From Moraxella nasovis (GTDB lineage Bacteria; Pseudomonadota; Gammaproteobacteria; Pseudomonadales; Moraxellaceae): a stretch of DNA of 32,000 nucleotides. The stretch covers positions 240,001 through 272,000 of the forward strand of contig NZ_CP089976.1 in the NCBI RefSeq assembly GCF_022701215.1. The letters run 5' to 3'. The notes beneath the pieces are model-generated. The model did no database searches. It saw only the letters and a program-made list of their open reading frames with translations, and was not told the DNA's origin. The position numbers were made by a program, and so were the translations under genes. Shown one piece after another: positions 30,206-32,000 of this stretch. How positions within the stretch are numbered: position 1 is the first letter of the stretch; each line of letters starts with the position of its first letter.

Positions 30206-30925
30206 ATGAATCACACAGAGCTAAATCACTACCAAGACCAAAATGCCGTCGTTTTATTTTCTGGTGGTCTTGACTCCACCACCTGCCTTTATTGGGCAAA
30301 ATCTCAGTTTAAACACATTACTGCGATTAGCTTTCGCTATGGACAACGCCATTCAAGTGAACTGATTGCCGCCCAAAACATTGCAAAAGCACTGGATGTG
30401 GATCACCGTATTATCGACATAGATATCGCTCAGCTTGGTGGCAGTGCCTTGACAGATAATAGCATAGATGTGCCAGAATATGATGCTAATTCAGATGCTG
30501 TACCTGTAACTTATGTGCCAGCACGCAATACCATCTTTTTATCATACGCCTTAGCAGCAGCTGAAGTAACTGGGTCAAACTACATCGTCATTGGCGTAAG
30601 CTCGGTGGATTTTTCAGGTTATCCTGACTGCAGACCTGATTTTATTGAAGCCTTTGAAAGGCTTGCCAATCTTGCCACCGTGACGGGAAGAGCAGGCAAT
30701 ACGCTGTCGGTCGTTGCTCCTTTACAGCTCCTATCTAAAGCACAAACCCTAAAGCTTGGGCTTAAGCTTGGCGTAGATTATGGGCAAACTGTATCGTGCT
30801 ATCAAGCGGATGAGTCTGGCTTGGCATGTGGTGTGTGCGACAGCTGCTCACTTAGACGTCAAGGCTTTCTTGATGCAGGCGTCGCTGACCCAACACGCTA
30901 TCGCAAGGATGTGATTTATGACTGA
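30206..30925 (+). CDS. queC: 7-cyano-7-deazaguanine synthase
   Basis: [15 protein letters not shown]-loop and a C-terminal zinc cluster C..........CGVCDSC. Confidence 0.93.
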   Translation: MNHTELNHYQDQNAVVLFSGGLDSTTCLYWAKSQFKHITAISFRYGQRHSSELIAAQNIAKALDVDHRIIDIDIAQLGGSALTDNSIDVPEYDANSDAVPVTYVPARNTIFLSYALAAAEVTGSNYIVIGVSSVDFSGYPDCRPDFIEAFERLANLATVTGRAGNTLSVVAPLQLLSKAQTLKLGLKLGVDYGQTVSCYQADESGLACGVCDSCSLRRQGFLDAGVADPTRYRKDVIYD

Positions 30926-31502
30926 TTTATTTGACGAAAATAAAGTTAAAGCCACTGACAGCACACCCCAAAAGCGTAAAAACAACCCAGAGCTGTTAAG
31001 ACACACATTACTGATTGCTGCCAAAGATATCATGCTTGAAGATGGTATTGCTCAGCTGTCCATGCAAAAGGTAGCAACATTAGCTGGGGTTAGTAAAGGC
31101 GGACTTTTTCATCACTTTAAGAGTAAAGATGATTTAATCTCAAGTGTCGTCTCACTATTCATCGCTCAGCTTAACACTGCCATCATTAGTCAGATTGCCG
31201 ACCAAAACGCCTTTGGAGTCTTTACCACTGCTTATGTACGAGTTTTTTTTGATGATAAAAACATCGGTCTTGGCAGTCAATGGTCTGGATTAATAAAACC
31301 CATTACCGCCGAGAGTTCTCTTAGGCAGCAGTGGCAACAATGGCTTGATAATAAGCTTCACCAGCACCATAAAACTGACAGTGACGACAGATTACACCTT
31401 GTACGCATGGCAGTAGATGGTGTTTGGCTAAATGGCGTATCCACGCATGAACTACCCAGATTAAAAGAGCATCTACTTTGTGCCATCAACAGCATAAAAT
31501 AA
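30918..31502 (+). CDS. TetR/AcrR-family transcriptional regulator
   Basis: N-terminal [30 protein letters not shown]. The start overlaps the queC 3' end by 8 nt (ATGACTGA). Confidence 0.8.
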   Translation: MTDLFDENKVKATDSTPQKRKNNPELLRHTLLIAAKDIMLEDGIAQLSMQKVATLAGVSKGGLFHHFKSKDDLISSVVSLFIAQLNTAIISQIADQNAFGVFTTAYVRVFFDDKNIGLGSQWSGLIKPITAESSLRQQWQQWLDNKLHQHHKTDSDDRLHLVRMAVDGVWLNGVSTHELPRLKEHLLCAINSIK

Positions 31503-31530
31503 AATCACACACTCATCAAGCATGTGATTT
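31502..31530. terminator. hairpin between the convergent TetR gene and the right-edge gene
   Basis: AAATCACA (31502-31509) pairs with TGTGATTT (23-30 of the 315xx line, i.e. 31523-31530). A 13-nt loop and only weak T runs on either strand. Confidence 0.4.
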
Positions 31531-31581
31531 AAAAAGACGGCTAAGTTAAGACTGTTAATAAAACGTAACTAGCAATCTAGC

Positions 31582-32000
31582 CTAAAAGTTGGCGTTGGTC
31601 GCTTCTAAACTGACTGCTGTATCATATACATAGATATAGTCATTGGCATGATTTGGTGTATGATACACCTTAATTCGGATAATTTGGCGTAAGCTTGGAT
31701 CGTGTGTGTATCCTACAATTTCACCTTTAAAATTTCGCCACGCCCCCTTTCTGACTTCGATACCCATATCATCATAATCAATACTGCGAACTTTTAGGCA
31801 ATGCACACTGCCATCTATACATTCTTTGGCATTTGGGTCTATTTCCCAAAACATCGTTTTAGCTTTGCCATATAATGATTCAAGTGTCGCTTGACCTTGC
31901 CAAGTCAGCGTTAGATCTTCATTAACCTGCGTTAAGGTTGCCAACATTCCATCTGACGATTTGGTCAAGTAAAAACGACTGCCATGAAAGGCGTTAAATA
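31582..32000 (-). CDS. DUF4377-like domain protein, probably preceded by a META/HslJ-like domain (5' end probably beyond the right edge)
   Basis: The frame stays open from TAG 31582 to the window edge (...FNAFHGSRFYLTKSSDG...). The pattern WEIDPNAKECIDGSVHCLKVR....W.NF.GEIVGY.HDP....IIRIKVY resembles DUF4377 as I remember it. Internal starts at 31968 (TTG) or 31947 (ATG) are possible alternatives. Confidence 0.45.
   Translation of the reverse strand, partial: FNAFHGSRFYLTKSSDGMLATLTQVNEDLTLTWQGQATLESLYGKAKTMFWEIDPNAKECIDGSVHCLKVRSIDYDDMGIEVRKGAWRNFKGEIVGYTHDPSLRQIIRIKVYHTPNHANDYIYVYDTAVSLEATNANF

Overview
This window reads as conserved chromosomal backbone of a moderately AT-rich gammaproteobacterium. 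Gene order, a long-tailed CsrA and a peroxiredoxin-glutaredoxin fusion suggest Moraxellaceae (Moraxella/Psychrobacter/Acinetobacter type), but that is a guess from content, not a search result. I can support 33 protein-coding genes, one tRNA-Asn(GUU) and one 6S RNA. Left to right: ispG(partial)-pilF-rlmN-ndk (minus), ychF, a His/Asp-rich lipoprotein, fabR-like TetR, xthA, a Prx5-Grx hybrid peroxiredoxin, fhs, a 70-aa membrane protein, alaS, ybeY-ybeZ, tRNA-Asn, 6S RNA, rpmG-rpmB, hopJ-family/csrA/lysC, tgt, an NSS transporter with a small-subunit micro-ORF, the envelope cluster lpxA-fabZ-lpxD-bamA-rseP-dxr (minus), queC overlapping a TetR regulator, and a partial DUF4377-like gene at the right edge. 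Three features are absent from the supplied ORF track: rpmG (51 aa), 6S RNA, and a 42-codon membrane ORF coupled to the NSS transporter. I see no IS element, integrase, prophage, CRISPR array, toxin-antitoxin pair or recognisable defence gene. I do not see a convincing novel multi-gene system. The findings are modest, locus-level oddities: missing rodZ and skp slots in otherwise conserved synteny, the MetS-like micro-ORF, a csrA-hopJ operon, a queC-tetR overlap, a metal-binding-looking MliC-like lipoprotein, and two long gene-free gaps. All homology calls come from motif and sequence memory, not database searches.
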